Below, in pieces: positions 36,874-50,045 of a stretch of 64,000 nucleotides of DNA (positions are counted from its first letter, which is position 1; every line of letters begins with the position of its first letter). The notes beneath the pieces were generated by a model. The model worked only from the letters and a program-made list of their open reading frames with translations, had not been told where the DNA came from and made no database searches. The translations under genes were made by a program, and so were the position numbers. Source of the stretch: Octopus sinensis (lineage: Eukaryota); the NCBI RefSeq assembly GCF_006345805.1, contig NC_043008.1:12028001-12092000 (forward strand), given 5' to 3'.

Positions 36874-37261
36874 ACTAGCAGTATCGCCCGGCGTTGCTCG
36901 GGTTTGTAAGGGAAATAACTATATAAGCATTTTTAGAGAGTTACAGCCAAAAAATTGCAAAAAAATGGAAAAAAAATTATGGTAATTTTTTTTTAAATCG
37001 ATGACTCATCGTAGACATTGTTAGAGAGTTACTTCCCTTATATAATAGCGAAAAAATGCATTAAAATGGAAAAAAAATGATGGTAATTTTTTTTTAAATC
37101 GTAGACTCATCGTAGATGCACGCTAATACTCAGAATGGCTCGATATGAATCACGACTATAAGAAACCTGGTTTTGGTTAAACTGCACTGCAAAATGTGGG
37201 AGTAGTTAGGAATCTAAATCGTAGGAGACAGACACACAACCTTACTTTTATATATAAAGAT
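36874..37261 (+). mobile_element. Non-autonomous Helentron/HINE-like element with an internal ~95-bp duplication
   Basis: Starts TT|ACTAGCAGTATCGCCCGGCGTTGCTCGGG and ends CAGACACACAACCTTACTTTTATATATAAAGAT. TTAGAGAGTTAC...GACTCATCGTAGA occurs twice. Confidence 0.6.
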
Positions 37262-37315
37262 GTGTGTGTGTGCGTATGTGTGTGTATACAGAGAAAGAAA
37301 TCGATAAATAGATAC

Positions 37316-37368
<53 letters not shown>

Positions 37369-37394
37369 GAGGTTATATATATATATATTATATA

Positions 37395-37426
<32 letters not shown>

Positions 37427-38688
37427 TTGTAAAAAATGAAGTTCGAAAATGCTGCTGTAGTATACAATTTTTAATTTTTATATATACATTATAACATGTT
37501 TCAGTTCCTGAAATGAACCTTATCAAAAAAAGTTATATATAAAAAGAGACAGCTCATGCCATCAAACACAAGAAATTCATTTATAATACACAACGGAGTC
37601 AGACATCTTAGAGTTCTTGTATAGTTGATATATAGTTTGAAGTAAGTTCATTCATACTATATGTTCAAAGTCTTCGATGCAGTGGCCCGCGGTGGCGATA
37701 CGTATTCAATACAAAAAACAGATCAATATATATATACATATATATATAATAACAATTTAACAAATAAAACATATGCATACATACATACATACATGTATGT
37801 ACATACCTACATCTATATGTATATATACATGCATATATGAGTAGAGGACACCACAAATAAACGTAGAACACAACGAGAAACGAAAACATAAAAACAAACA
37901 AGGAAACGGACTTTTTTTAACAACAAAAAAAGAGAGTACAAGGAAAACAATACAAGGAATATTCCCCTTCATCAGCTGCCCCTGGTTCGACTAAATGCGT
38001 GTTTCGAAGGTAAGGTATAATATATTATACAAACACACTCACACACTATATATGCATGTATATATGTATTGCTTTCCTCACGGATGTGTGTCTTCAGATA
38101 AAATTTTTCAAGAGTAAAGCCTTAGTTATCGCATGCCAAGTAGAATGTTGTAGCAATGTAAGTGGAACAGAAGGCAATATCTTTTAGGAAAATTTGTTAC
38201 TGTGATGTTTGTGAGGTGTATGTTTTTATGTAGGTACGGTTGTTTAGCATATCATTTGAAGTTACTTCCTATATTTAACCAGAGCACCGCTAAGTCTCCA
38301 TAAAGGAATCTAGATTGGTTGCCTCAATAAATAGTTTCCTCTCCCTCCCTTTCACTTGTAAGGAAACAGGCTTAAATGGTAATCCGCAAAAGACGCTAAC
38401 ATTTATTCGTCTTGTCTTGTAGTCCAACAATACTTATAATTAAGTAAGTATAATTATATAATACTCATAACAAATAATATCATAACTAGTAATATAATAT
38501 CACTATTTATATAAATCACAGTTAATAAACGATTAATATAATTAGTCACTTAGTACTTAGATGCCTTGATTAATTTTCTTGTACTGCCTTCATAACGTTA
38601 TACCACAAGTTATACACAAAACGATTCCTAAATTGTGTTTACTCTACATTGCTACATCAAATTATCGAATACACATTTAAAAACAAAA

Positions 38689-41195
38689 GTGGAGGCGCGT
38701 CGCTTAGTGGTTAGGGTGTCAGCATCATGATCGTAAGATTGTGGTTTCGATTCCTGGTCCGGGCGACGCGTTGTCTTCTTGAGCAAAACACTTCATTTCA
38801 CGTTGCTCCAGTCCACTCAGTTGGCAAAAATGAGTAACGCTGCGATGGACTAGCGTCCCATCCAGCGGGGGAACACATACGCCACTGAAACCGGGAAACC
38901 GGGCCCATAAGCCTGGCTAGGGTTTAAAAGGGCACAAGTGGAGGCGCGTGGCTTAGTGGTTAGGGTGTCAGCATCATGATCGTAAGATTGTGGTTTCGAT
39001 TCCTGGTCCGGGCGACGCGTTGTCTTCTTGAGCAAAACACTTCATTTCACGTTGCTCCAGTCCACTCAGTTGGCAAAAATGAGTAACGCTGCGATGGACT
39101 AGCGCCATCCGCGGGGGAACACATACGCCACTGAAACCGGGAAACCAGGCCCATAAGCCTGGCTAGGTTTTTAAAAGGGCACAAGTGGAGGCGCGTGGCT
39201 AAGTGGTAGGGTGGGTCAGCATCATGATCGTAAGATTGTGGTTTCGATTCCTGGTCGAGGGCGACGCGTGTGTCTTCTTGAGCAAAACACTTCATTTCAC
39301 GTTGCTCCAGGTCCACTCAGTTGGCAAAAATGAAGTAACGCTGCGATGGGCTAGCGTCCATCCAGCGGGGGAACACATACGCCACTGAAACCGGGAAACC
39401 GGGCCCATAGCCTGGCTAGGGTTTAAAAGGGCACAAGTGGAGGCGCGTGGATTAGTGGTTAGGGGTGTGTCAGCATCATGATCGTAAGATTGTGGTTTCG
39501 ATTCTGGTCCGGGCGACGCGTTGTCTTCTTGGGCAAAACACTTCATTTCACGTTGCTCCAGTCCACTCAAGTTGGCAAAAATGAGTAACGCTGCGATGGA
39601 CTAGCGTCCCATCCAGCGGGGCTGGGAACACATACGCCACTGAAACCGGGAACGGGCCCATAAGACCTGGCTAGGGTTTAAAAGGGCCACAAGTGGAGGC
39701 GCGTGGCTTAGTGGTTAGGGTGTCAGCATCATGATAGTAAGATTGTGGTTTCGATCCTGGTCCGAGAGCGCGTGTGTTTCTTGAGCAAAACACTTTATTT
39801 CACGTTGCGCCAGTTCACTCAGTTGGCAAAAATGAGTAACGCTGCGATGGACTAGCGTTCACATCCAGCGGGGGAACACATACGCCACTGAAACGGGAAA
39901 CACGGGCCCATAAGCCTGGCTAGGGTTTAAAAGGGCACAAGTGGAGGCGCGTGGCTGTAGTGGTTAGTGGTTCGTTCTTGTCCGCATCATGATCGTAAGA
40001 TTCGTGGTTTTCGATTCATGGTCCGGGCGACGCGTTTGTCTTTGAGCACAAAACACTTCATTTCACGTTGCTCCAGTCCACTCAGTTGGCAAAAATGAGT
40101 AACGCTGCGATGGACTAGCGTCCCATCAGCGGGGGGAACACATACGCCACTGAAACCGGGAACCGGGCCCATAAGCCGGGCTAGGGTTTAAAGGGCACAA
40201 GTGGAGGCGCGTGGCTTAGTGGTTAGAGGGTTGTCAGCATCATGATCGTAAGATTGTGGTTTCGTCCTGTCCGGGCGGACGCGTTGTCTTCTTGAGCCAA
40301 ACACTTCATTTCACGTTGCTCCAGTCCACTCAGTTGGCAAAAATGCGTAACGCTGCGATGGACTAGCGTCCCATCAGCGGGGGGAACACATACGCCACTG
40401 AAACCGGGAAACCGGGCCATAAGCCTGGCTAGGGTTTAAAAGGGCACAAGTGGAGGCGGCGCGTGGCTTAGTGGTTAGGGTGTCAGCATCATGATCGTAA
40501 GATTGTGTTTCGATTCTGGTCCGGGCGACGCGTTGTCTTCTTGAGCAAAACACTTCATTTCACGTTGCTCCAGTCCACTCAGTTGGCAAAAATGAGTAAC
40601 GCTGCGATGGACTAGCGTCCCATCCAGCGGGGGAACACATACGCCACTGAAACCGGGAAACCGGGCCCATAAGCCTGGCTAGGGTTTAAAAGGGCACAAG
40701 TGGAGGCGCGTGGCTTAGTGGTTAGGGTGTCAGCATCATGATCGTAAGATTGTGGTTTCGAATCCTGGTCCGGGCGACGCGTTGTCTTCTTGAGCAAAAC
40801 ACTTCATTTCACGTTGCTCCAGTCCACTCAGTTGGCAAAAATGAGTAACGCTGCGATGGACTAGCGTCCCATCCAGCGGGGGAACACATACGCCACTGAA
40901 ACCGGGAAACCGGGCCCATAAGCCTGGCTAGGGTTTAAAAGGGCACAAGTGGAGGCGCGTGGCTTAGTGGTTAGGGTGTCAGCATCATGATCGTAAGATT
41001 ATGGTTTCGATTCCTGGTCCGAGAGACGCGTTGTGTTCTTGAGCAAAACACTTTATTTCACGTTGCGCCAGTTCACTCAGTTGGCAAAAATGAGTAACGC
41101 TGCGTTACTCATCAGGGGAACACATACGCCACTGAAACCGGGAAACCGGACCCATGAACCTGGCTAGGCTTTAAAAGTGCGCATTTATTATTTTT
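38689..41195 (+). repeat. Head-to-tail tandem array of 10 SINE family C units (~249 bp)
   Basis: Units start at 38689, 38938, 39185, 39437, 39693, 39941, 40201, 40450, 40700 and 40949. Each has an A box (TGGCTTAGTGG) and B box (GGTTTCGATTCC). One TSD, ATTTAAAAACAAA, lies at 38675-38687 and 41196-41208. Confidence 0.95.
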
Positions 41196-41316
41196 ATTTA
41201 AAAACAAAGATGACGTCGGTTAATAAAATATTTAGATTGAACTTTCGTACAGTGATGGTCTACACACGACATTCCTAACTTGTGAACGTTACCTAAAGAA
41301 CGTTACCTAAAGAACA

Positions 41317-41368
41317 TATAATTTGCCATTTCTGTGCTCGCAACTGAGCACAGAAATGGCAAATTATA
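41317..41368. repeat. Perfect inverted repeat, 23-bp arms, 6-nt loop
   Basis: TATAATTTGCCATTTCTGTGCTC-GCAACT-GAGCACAGAAATGGCAAATTATA. Confidence 0.95.
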
Positions 41369-41542
41369 AACATAACCGAGAGCAAAACAGGAAATTCGCA
41401 GACATTTCTATCTGAAATATAACGCATGCCGTAGTAAAACTATAGTGTAAATCACTACCGTGTTTTGATAGAACCAGCCGAAGCCCATAACAGCAATTTT
41501 CAAACTAGTCTGTTGTCAGAATAACGAACGTAAACGAAATAC

Positions 41543-42002
41543 ATATTTCTTTACTACCCACAAGGAGCTAAATACAGAGGGGACAAAGAATGACAGACAA
41601 ACGGATTAAGTGCGTAACTGGTACTTAATTTGTCGACCTCGAAAGGATGAAAGGCAAAGTCGACCTCGGCGGAATTTGAACTCAGAACGTAGCCGTAGAC
41701 GAAATACTGCTGAGCATTTCGCCCGGCGTGCTAACGATTCTGCCAGATTGATGCCTTGACGAAATACCTATTTCTGTACTACCCACAAGGGGCTAAACAC
41801 TAAAAGGACAAAGAATGACAGATAAACGGATTAAGTCGATTATATAGACCCCAGTGCGTGACTGGTACTTAATTTTATCGACTCCGAAAGGATGAAAGGC
41901 AAAGTCGACCTCGGCGGAATTTGAACTCAGAACGTAAACAGAGACGAAACACCGCTAAGCATTTCGCTCGGCGTGCTAACGTTTCTGCTAGATCGCTGCC
42001 TT
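41543..42002 (-). mobile_element. SINE family B dimer inside a single 19-bp TSD
   Basis: Copies at 41769-42002 and 41543-41757 are joined by an 11-nt spacer. TSD ACGAACGTAAAC(G/A)AAATAC lies at 41524-41542 and 42003-42021. Confidence 0.85.
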
Positions 42003-42780
42003 ACGAACGTAAACAAAATACCATTACAACACAAACCTAAGTCGACGCCGTTTGCAGACACTGCTCAAAAAGCAAACAAAGACACAAAACAGACAAGACT
42101 AAAAAAAAGGGTGAAATGCCAATCTTTATCATCCTTTGTCCCACTTTCTACCTTTTGATACTTGAAAAATGCAGTTGTCATATTTAAAATAACGAATGTC
42201 TCAGAGTCAAGCTAAATGCTTGACATACATTTTGAAACAGAATGAACTAGAAAGGGCCCACATCAATCACCATCAATTACTCACCGCCTGCTCTGTCAAA
42301 TTCCAAAGACGTGATAGGCTAATAAAAGCCTAGCTAAAAGAAAAGAAAAGACTGAAATAGCATCATATCTACCTATTACTCTTTTATGCATACGCTCGTG
42401 TATTCTAGACGATTCTAATCTTAGACATACCTTACTGTATTTTTAACCCCTCAGAGAATCACAAATTTTTTCAAAGTATTATATCCAGCTATCACACCTA
42501 AACATCAGATCATACACAAAGAACATATATAATACATTCAATAGCCATAATACAATCACGGAAACCATTTCAGCAAACAGTGATATTAACAAACGTTTCG
42601 ATTTTCACATGTAGCAAACTTATTTAATATTTTCGTGGGTGTATCTGTGTGTTCCCATGGGTGTGTGTGTATGTGTGTGTGAGCGCGCACCTGTGTATGT
42701 ATACGGCTTCAGTATGAATATATCGCTTGTTTGTGCTTGAATACTTACGGGTATCCATCCATCATTCCATCCATCTCTCA

Positions 42781-42839
<59 letters not shown>

Positions 42840-43042
42840 CGTGTGTGTGTGTGTGTGTGTGTATGCACATTTTCTACTATATCCTGGTACTTACCAAAGT
42901 GTTGGGTAAGTGTGGATTCCGTCGGCGGAAACTAAATGAATCCCGTCATACACACACACACGCATATGTATATGCACCCGCACATAGACATATTGGCGCA
43001 CACGTGCGCACACACTCACACGCATATATTTACACTCACATA

Positions 43043-43128
43043 TGAGGGTGAGTAATATGCAATTATGTAATACATACGTAATTATACCTGTCCTAAACAA
43101 AATGGCATCACCTTTTGACTCACCCTCG
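43043..43128. mobile_element. 86-bp mariner-type mini-MITE
   Basis: TA|TGAGGGTGAGT ... ACTCACCCTCG|TA. Confidence 0.55.
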
Positions 43129-43160
<32 letters not shown>

Positions 43161-43451
43161 CCGCACCAACGCACGGTTGCAACACCATATGGTTGTACCT
43201 CCAACCGTGCTGTTTACTGCTGTGATTTTTGCTACCAAGGTATCGGTTAAACTTTTGATTAATCTACTACAAGATTATTCATCTTTTTATTTCACATAAT
43301 ATATATATATATAAGTAGGTACACAGATATCTAGATAGATAGATACACACATAGATACATACATACATACATACATACATACATACATACATACATACAT
43401 ACATACATACATACATGCATACATGCATACATACATACATACATACATACA

Positions 43452-43484
<33 letters not shown>

Positions 43485-43762
43485 CACATGCATGCATGCG
43501 CATGAATATTTTATACTCGTAGACAACTCCACAACATTATTCTTTAGTTCATCCCCAAGCTATATTATTATTAATGCATTTGATGCATTCAATCTTACAA
43601 GCCTATTCAAAGACATTTCGAAATCACAGACATATTTTCTGTTTAAATATACCCTCACCATCTGTCTGTCTGTCTATCTGCGTCTCTCTGCCTCTCTGTC
43701 TGTCTGTCTGTCTGTCTGCCTCTGTCTGTCTGTATGTCTGCCTCTGTCTGTCTGTCTGTCTG

Positions 43763-43806
<44 letters not shown>

Positions 43807-44568
43807 AGTTTCCCTTTCTCTCTACGTGTATGGGAATTTTCTTTTTAAACAGAAACTTTAACTCAAAACAACCTGAAGCGATATATATTGTATTTTCGCT
43901 TTTACAGAACAAAGTTTTGCATGTAACATATTTTAAAATATTAAGAAGCTTTATATGTCATCTCAGTATTTTCAATTTCTGTGTTTTGTCTGACAATTTC
44001 GATATCTCAACTCTACAGAGAAAAAGTAAAAGGACGGGAAAATGAAGAAAGCGAAAACACATGAGAGACAACGAGGGAGCAAAAGTATTTAGAAATAAAG
44101 CAATATGAGCAACGGGTTGTGATTGAGCGACTGTTGGCTTACAATAACTTGCTTTTACCGCTCTTTTGTAAAAGGGACGTGACAGAGAAGGAGAGGAGAA
44201 ACAGACAAGGAGAAAGGGAGTGAGAGAGAGCAATAACGACATAGCAAAGATGAGATTGAAAGAGGAATAATGAGAAAAGAAAGTGATGATGAAACAGAGA
44301 GAGAGATAGAGAAAAGGGGAGAGAACTGAGAATATTATCAGCTCAGTTGGAGTTTTCATTAGAGCGCTCTTTAGCATCAAGCTATTCATCAAGATATTCG
44401 TAAGGCTTTAAAAGCTATTAAACAATTATAATTACCACAGCGCAAAATATATTCAAAGCATTGGCTCCCAAATTTCTAACGATGTATGTTTATAGGTAAA
44501 CAAAGGTTGGCATATTTATAATTATCTATCTGTCCTGACAGAAATCAAAACTTTCTAGAAACACACAT

Positions 44569-45330
44569 ACGTGGTCTGATCAACAAGTATCCGGACTGTT
44601 ACCTTAGTAATGAACAGTGGCGGGGCGGACTGGCCAGGTTGCCAGTTTGCTCGATAGCAAGTGGGCCCCTGCGCCGTTAGAATCCATATATTGGGGCTCA
44701 TGTTAGTATCTAAGGGGCACATCCCCGCAAGTTTGAGAATGTTTTATTCACTCCTGGAAGAATGCTTTAATTATTTCAGCCTGGCTGTGTTTGTGGTCAG
44801 AATTCTTTTAACAAAAGCCACAAAAAAAAAATGAATAACATTGTAGTTGCGGCTGGGCCCCCTTGTAGTTAAGGTGTCCCACCCTTGTAGTTACGGGTGT
44901 CCCCCTCCCTGTAGTTGAGGGTGGGGTCCCTTGTAGTTACGGGTGCCCCCCTCCGCTTTTAGCTGCGGGTGGGCACCCTTAGTCTCCTGGCAACAAATAT
45001 TTTTAGAACCAGCCTACCACTGGTAACGAAACTGTTGCACCCACAGTAAAACCGTTTGGCACAAATTGACCTTAAACACTGCTGTGATTGCGCTCAAAGT
45101 TTTCACGCTCTAGCTTACTTCCGCTGTTTACAGCAATGTTTGGAAGGCAGGTGTGTAGCGTGTGATCACCACATTAACCATGTGAGAAAAAGGTTGAGCA
45201 GAAAATCTGTATCAAATTTTGTCAAAAGTTTGGCGATACCTGCTCATGGGTCTGCTCAAAGCTTTCAAAAAGTTTTCGTTAGTCTCGACACAGTCAATGA
45301 GATCTATACATGATGCGGTTCTTTCAGCTT
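44569..45330 (+). mobile_element. Mariner 5' end (TIR, UTR, N-terminal HTH) interrupted by a hAT MITE
   Basis: TACGTGGTCTGATCAACAAGTATCCGGACT TIR; translation VEQKICIKFCQKFGDTC matches the mariner EQRxxIKFC N-terminus. Confidence 0.75.
44615..45022. mobile_element. hAT MITE with subterminal repeats
   Basis: CAGTGG...CCACTG ends. 8-bp TSD GTAATGAA / GTAACGAA at 44607-44614 and 45023-45030. About five CCTTGTAGTT..GGGTG repeats at 44859-44980. Confidence 0.8.
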
Positions 45331-46223
45331 GCATGCAACAAGTAACTTCACTAGACTTTGGTTGGACTGTGATTATAATAATAGACCCTTGTTCAATGTC
45401 GTATCCAGTGAGGTGAACCCGGAACCATGTGGTTGCGACGCAAAAGTCTTACCACAGCGGCACGCCTACGCTTACATATGTATGCGATTGCATTTATATG
45501 TGTAAGGGTGTGCGTGTGTGTTAGTGCTTATGTGTGTGTGTGTTTGTGTGTATGTGTGCGAGCATGCGTGTGTGCGCATGCGTGTGTGCGCATGCGTGTG
45601 TATCAAATCTACAAAAAGGAAATATTTGTACATAACCTTTTGGTTCAATGTAACTGATTGGATTTCAGCTTTGATGTGGTTAAGTAGCTGCCAAAAATAG
45701 CAGCCAAATTTCAGTCGAACTTCACTTTTATGACTTCTGTCAGTGTATAATTATCTGTGTGTACTATCTACGGTGCGTTAATGAGAAAGTGCTTGGTACG
45801 TTTGGTAGTACATACGTATACTAACACTCACACATGCGTACTAAAGCACAGAGTAAGAGAGATACACACATACACGACCGTAAAAAGACACACAGTTTAC
45901 CAAGCCGCAATCATACATATATATACATACATAGATCTGCTTTAATCTTTGTGCTTCTATAAATCAATCTTTTAAATTTGTAATTCCCTGGCCGTCTATC
46001 TCGCACCATCTCTGAAAATCTCCATTTTTATCATCTCTCACTGACTTTCTAAGTATCTTTCCTTCACTCCACCATTCTTCCTCTCTCTGTCTCTCTGTCT
46101 ATCACTCACTTGATCGCTCTCTTGCGCATACATTTTCTATATCCTTATCTACTGGTCTTTTTCCTCAATCTTTTTCGCTCTATCTCTCTCAATATCTTCC
46201 TGTCTCTTTCACGCTGCAATCTT

Positions 46224-46267
<44 letters not shown>

Positions 46268-46672
46268 ATATATATATATATATATGTTGCTCAACAATGT
46301 TTCACGTTTCTCTCCTACGCTCTTCTTGTTTACTCGTATTTGTTAAAATTCATATTTATTTATATGCAGAGGAAAAAATGTCTCGCAGCCAGTGGTTAAC
46401 AAATAGACTTCGCACGTTGACCTACAGTCAAGGTGAATGGTACAATTTCGCGATCACAACGCTCTCACACATTATACTTCTTTTAAGGGGGTAATTATGA
46501 GGATACGAAGTGCACACAAAGAACTACAAGGCCATCAAACCTCCAAGCCAATAAAGATGATAATGAATCAACAAATAGATTTTACTCCTCTCAACATTAA
46601 CTCAACATTCTTTTTCCCATTGCGTATAATACACACACACACACACAAACAAATATGTATGTATATAGGCGT

Positions 46673-46706
<34 letters not shown>

Positions 46707-46709
<3 letters not shown>

Positions 46710-46899
46710 CGCAGGAGTGGCTGGGTGGTAAGTAGCTTGCTTACCAATCACATGGTTCCGGGTTCCGTCCCACGGCGTGGCACCTTAGGCAAGTGTCTTC
46801 TACTATGGTCTCGGGCCGACTAAAGCCTTGTGAGTGGATTTGGTAGACGAAAACTGAAAGAAGCTCTTCGTATATATATATGTATGTGTGTGTGTGTGT

Positions 46900-46937
<38 letters not shown>

Positions 46938-47146
46938 GTGTGTGTGTAAGTGTGTGCGTGCGTGTATGTGAGTGTATCTATGAGTGGGTCTGTGTTTGTC
47001 CTCCAGCATCGCTTCGCAACCGATGCTAGTGTGTTTATTGGTGGTTCGCCAAAAGAAACCAATAGAATAAGTCATGAGGTCGATTTGCTCGACTAAAGAC
47101 GGTGCTCCAGCATGGCCGCAGTAAAATGAATGGAACAAATGAATGA

Positions 47147-47147
<1 letters not shown>
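46707..47147 (+). mobile_element. SINE family A with expanded internal (TG)n
   Basis: AGGCGCAGGAGTGGCTGGGTGG...GACGGTGCTCCAGCATGGCCGCAG. Confidence 0.88.
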
Positions 47148-47238
<91 letters not shown>

Positions 47239-47803
47239 ATATATACACATATATACATACACACACACACACATCCAGAGAGAGACAGACTGACAGACTG
47301 ATACATAGGATGATAGATAGTCAGACTGATAGATACATAAGTAGATATGTAGATAGATAGAAGTGAGACGTACCTATGTGTATGTATGTTTGTTCGTGTG
47401 TGTGTGTGCGTGTGTGTGTTGTATTTATATATATATATATATATGTATTAATAATACATGTATATGTAGGTATATATATATATATATTATATATAGGTAT
47501 GTATGTATGTATGTACAAATATTGTGTGTATAATTAAATGTATACACAAATGCTAACATAGTAGCGTTCATATTTATCTACGCCGTAAGATCTAAAGTTT
47601 ATATCACATTTTCTTAATATCTGTATCAGCTGCTACTTTCCAATCGATCAATCAGACAATATTGATTATCAATTTTTTAATTTCAACCCCCAATATATGT
47701 GTGTATATGCATGTATGTATATATGTACATACGTATCTATTGAGCCATCAATCTCTCTCTGCCTCTGTCTCTCTCTCTCTATATATATATATACATATAT
47801 ATT

Positions 47804-47847
<44 letters not shown>

Positions 47848-48458
47848 AAAATAGTTATCGCCACGCTAGCATACCAGTCCAGATAGATAGGACAAAAGCT
47901 GCCGTTGATTAGCTCCAGGAGACCATCACCTCTAGCTAGGTATGTGACACACAAACCTGTGTCCACTATAACCTTCGAACAGGGGAGGTCAGCAGCTTCC
48001 CCGAGCTGGTCTGGCTCCCACAGACTAGTTTAGAGGTGTTTTGCCTCTTATCAATGTGGAGTAGCCGAATCCAGCATATATATATACATATATATAACAT
48101 CGTTCTTTTCGTATTCTCAAATACGCCAGCTGAATTCAATTTGTCTCGAGTCGAAAGACGCCTCTTGTCTTATTATTATTCTGTTATTATTATTATTATT
48201 GTTTTTTTGTGTTTATGTTCGTATTATTTTTATTATTTTGGTATTTATATTCGTGTAAAATCGTCCGTTTTTCTGTCCTTGTTTCGTATACATTCAATCC
48301 TTTTTCCTTGGGGCTGGCCAGATTGGAGCAATCTCAAGATTAATCAGCCGAAAAATGCGAGGAGGCTGCCTTTTGACTGAAGATAGAGGCTTCGAATGAC
48401 CCGTACGTGTTTTTTGTATCGTCTATTCTGGATGTTTTGCGTTTCTTTGTCCCATTTG

Positions 48459-48497
<39 letters not shown>

Positions 48498-49221
48498 TAT
48501 ATGGTGTGTGTTGTGTGTGTGTTGTTGTGGTGTGTATATACACACGCACATACATATGTATATGTTTGTGTGTGAGTTTCTGTGTGTGTGTATCGAAAGG
48601 TTAGTATATATACACATATATATGTATACATAGGTACACATACAGAGACAAACACACACACACACACGGACACACACGTATATATATATATATATATGCA
48701 TACAGATATACACTCATACGGACATGTATAGAATAGGCTTACAAAAGATATACATTTTCTCCTCCCAGACATTTTTATAGTTTATTTTATCGTTCACAAT
48801 TTATGTAATAAATAAGTATAGTAGACTAAAATACTTATAATTCAATCTACTCGTGTATATGTGTATAGGGTGCGTGCCTGTGTGTGTGTGTGTGTGATTG
48901 TGTATGTGTGTGGGGGCGCCCGCGCATGTATCTACACCTATAAACAAAGGCATATGCACAGACACACATACGCACAAACACACATATACATATTTGTGCG
49001 CCAGTCATAAATCTACATAAATTTTGCATAGACTGTGTATACGTGTGTCTAAATTTTATTTATGGACCAATTTGTATGTTCAGTAATTCACTGTAGGTAT
49101 TTATTTACTTATATTAAAACATAGATATACAACACACGAATATATACGCGTACGTATATCCATATGTATACATACATACATACATACATATATAATATAT
49201 ATATAATATATATATATTATA

Positions 49222-49256
<35 letters not shown>

Positions 49257-49565
49257 AGTATATACATATGCATATATACCATATATATATATATATAATA
49301 ATAATATATATTATGTATATACAATATATGTATGTGTGTAACAATATAGAAAAAGGGAGAGGAAAGGGGGAGAGTGAGAGTGGAAAAGAGAGAGAAGAGA
49401 AGAAGAGAGAGAATAATAGAGAGATAGATAGATTAATAGATAGATAGAACACATAGATTTACAGTTATATTCATAATACACATAGCTTATGTGCATTTTA
49501 ATATCTAAACAACGGTTTGTATACTATCAAGCATCTTTATGAAACTATAATACATTTATATGTAT

Positions 49566-49598
<33 letters not shown>

Positions 49599-49981
49599 TT
49601 AAACACGCATGGACTGCAAGATTGAGTCGGCATTAATACAAAGATGAAATGTAAATTATTGTATTAAATTGGGCGTATACATGCAAATCAACGACAATCC
49701 TATATACAAACAAACAAACAAACATAAATATATATCTGTATACATATGTGTGAGTTTGTGTGTGTACAAACATATAAGTAAATATATGTATATATGTATG
49801 TAAATATAAACGTATGTGTATATATATATATATATAATATTCCCTCATATTATTATTATATGCATATATAATAATATGAGGGAATAGTATTCCAATCTTA
49901 CTGCGAAAAATTTAATTTAGAAATACTAAATCAAATTTCACAAATATAATATATATATTTATAAATTAGAAAATCATACAG

Positions 49982-50045
<64 letters not shown>

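Noticed and set aside
39185-40500. Unit-specific indels as biological variation
   Set aside because: They are scattered 1-3-nt indels in the array centre with clean flanking units, a pattern typical of long-read consensus error.
38689-41195. tRNA gene cluster or CRISPR array
   Set aside because: The heads have A/B boxes but no closed acceptor stem and run into a SINE body. There are no unique spacers and the context is eukaryotic.
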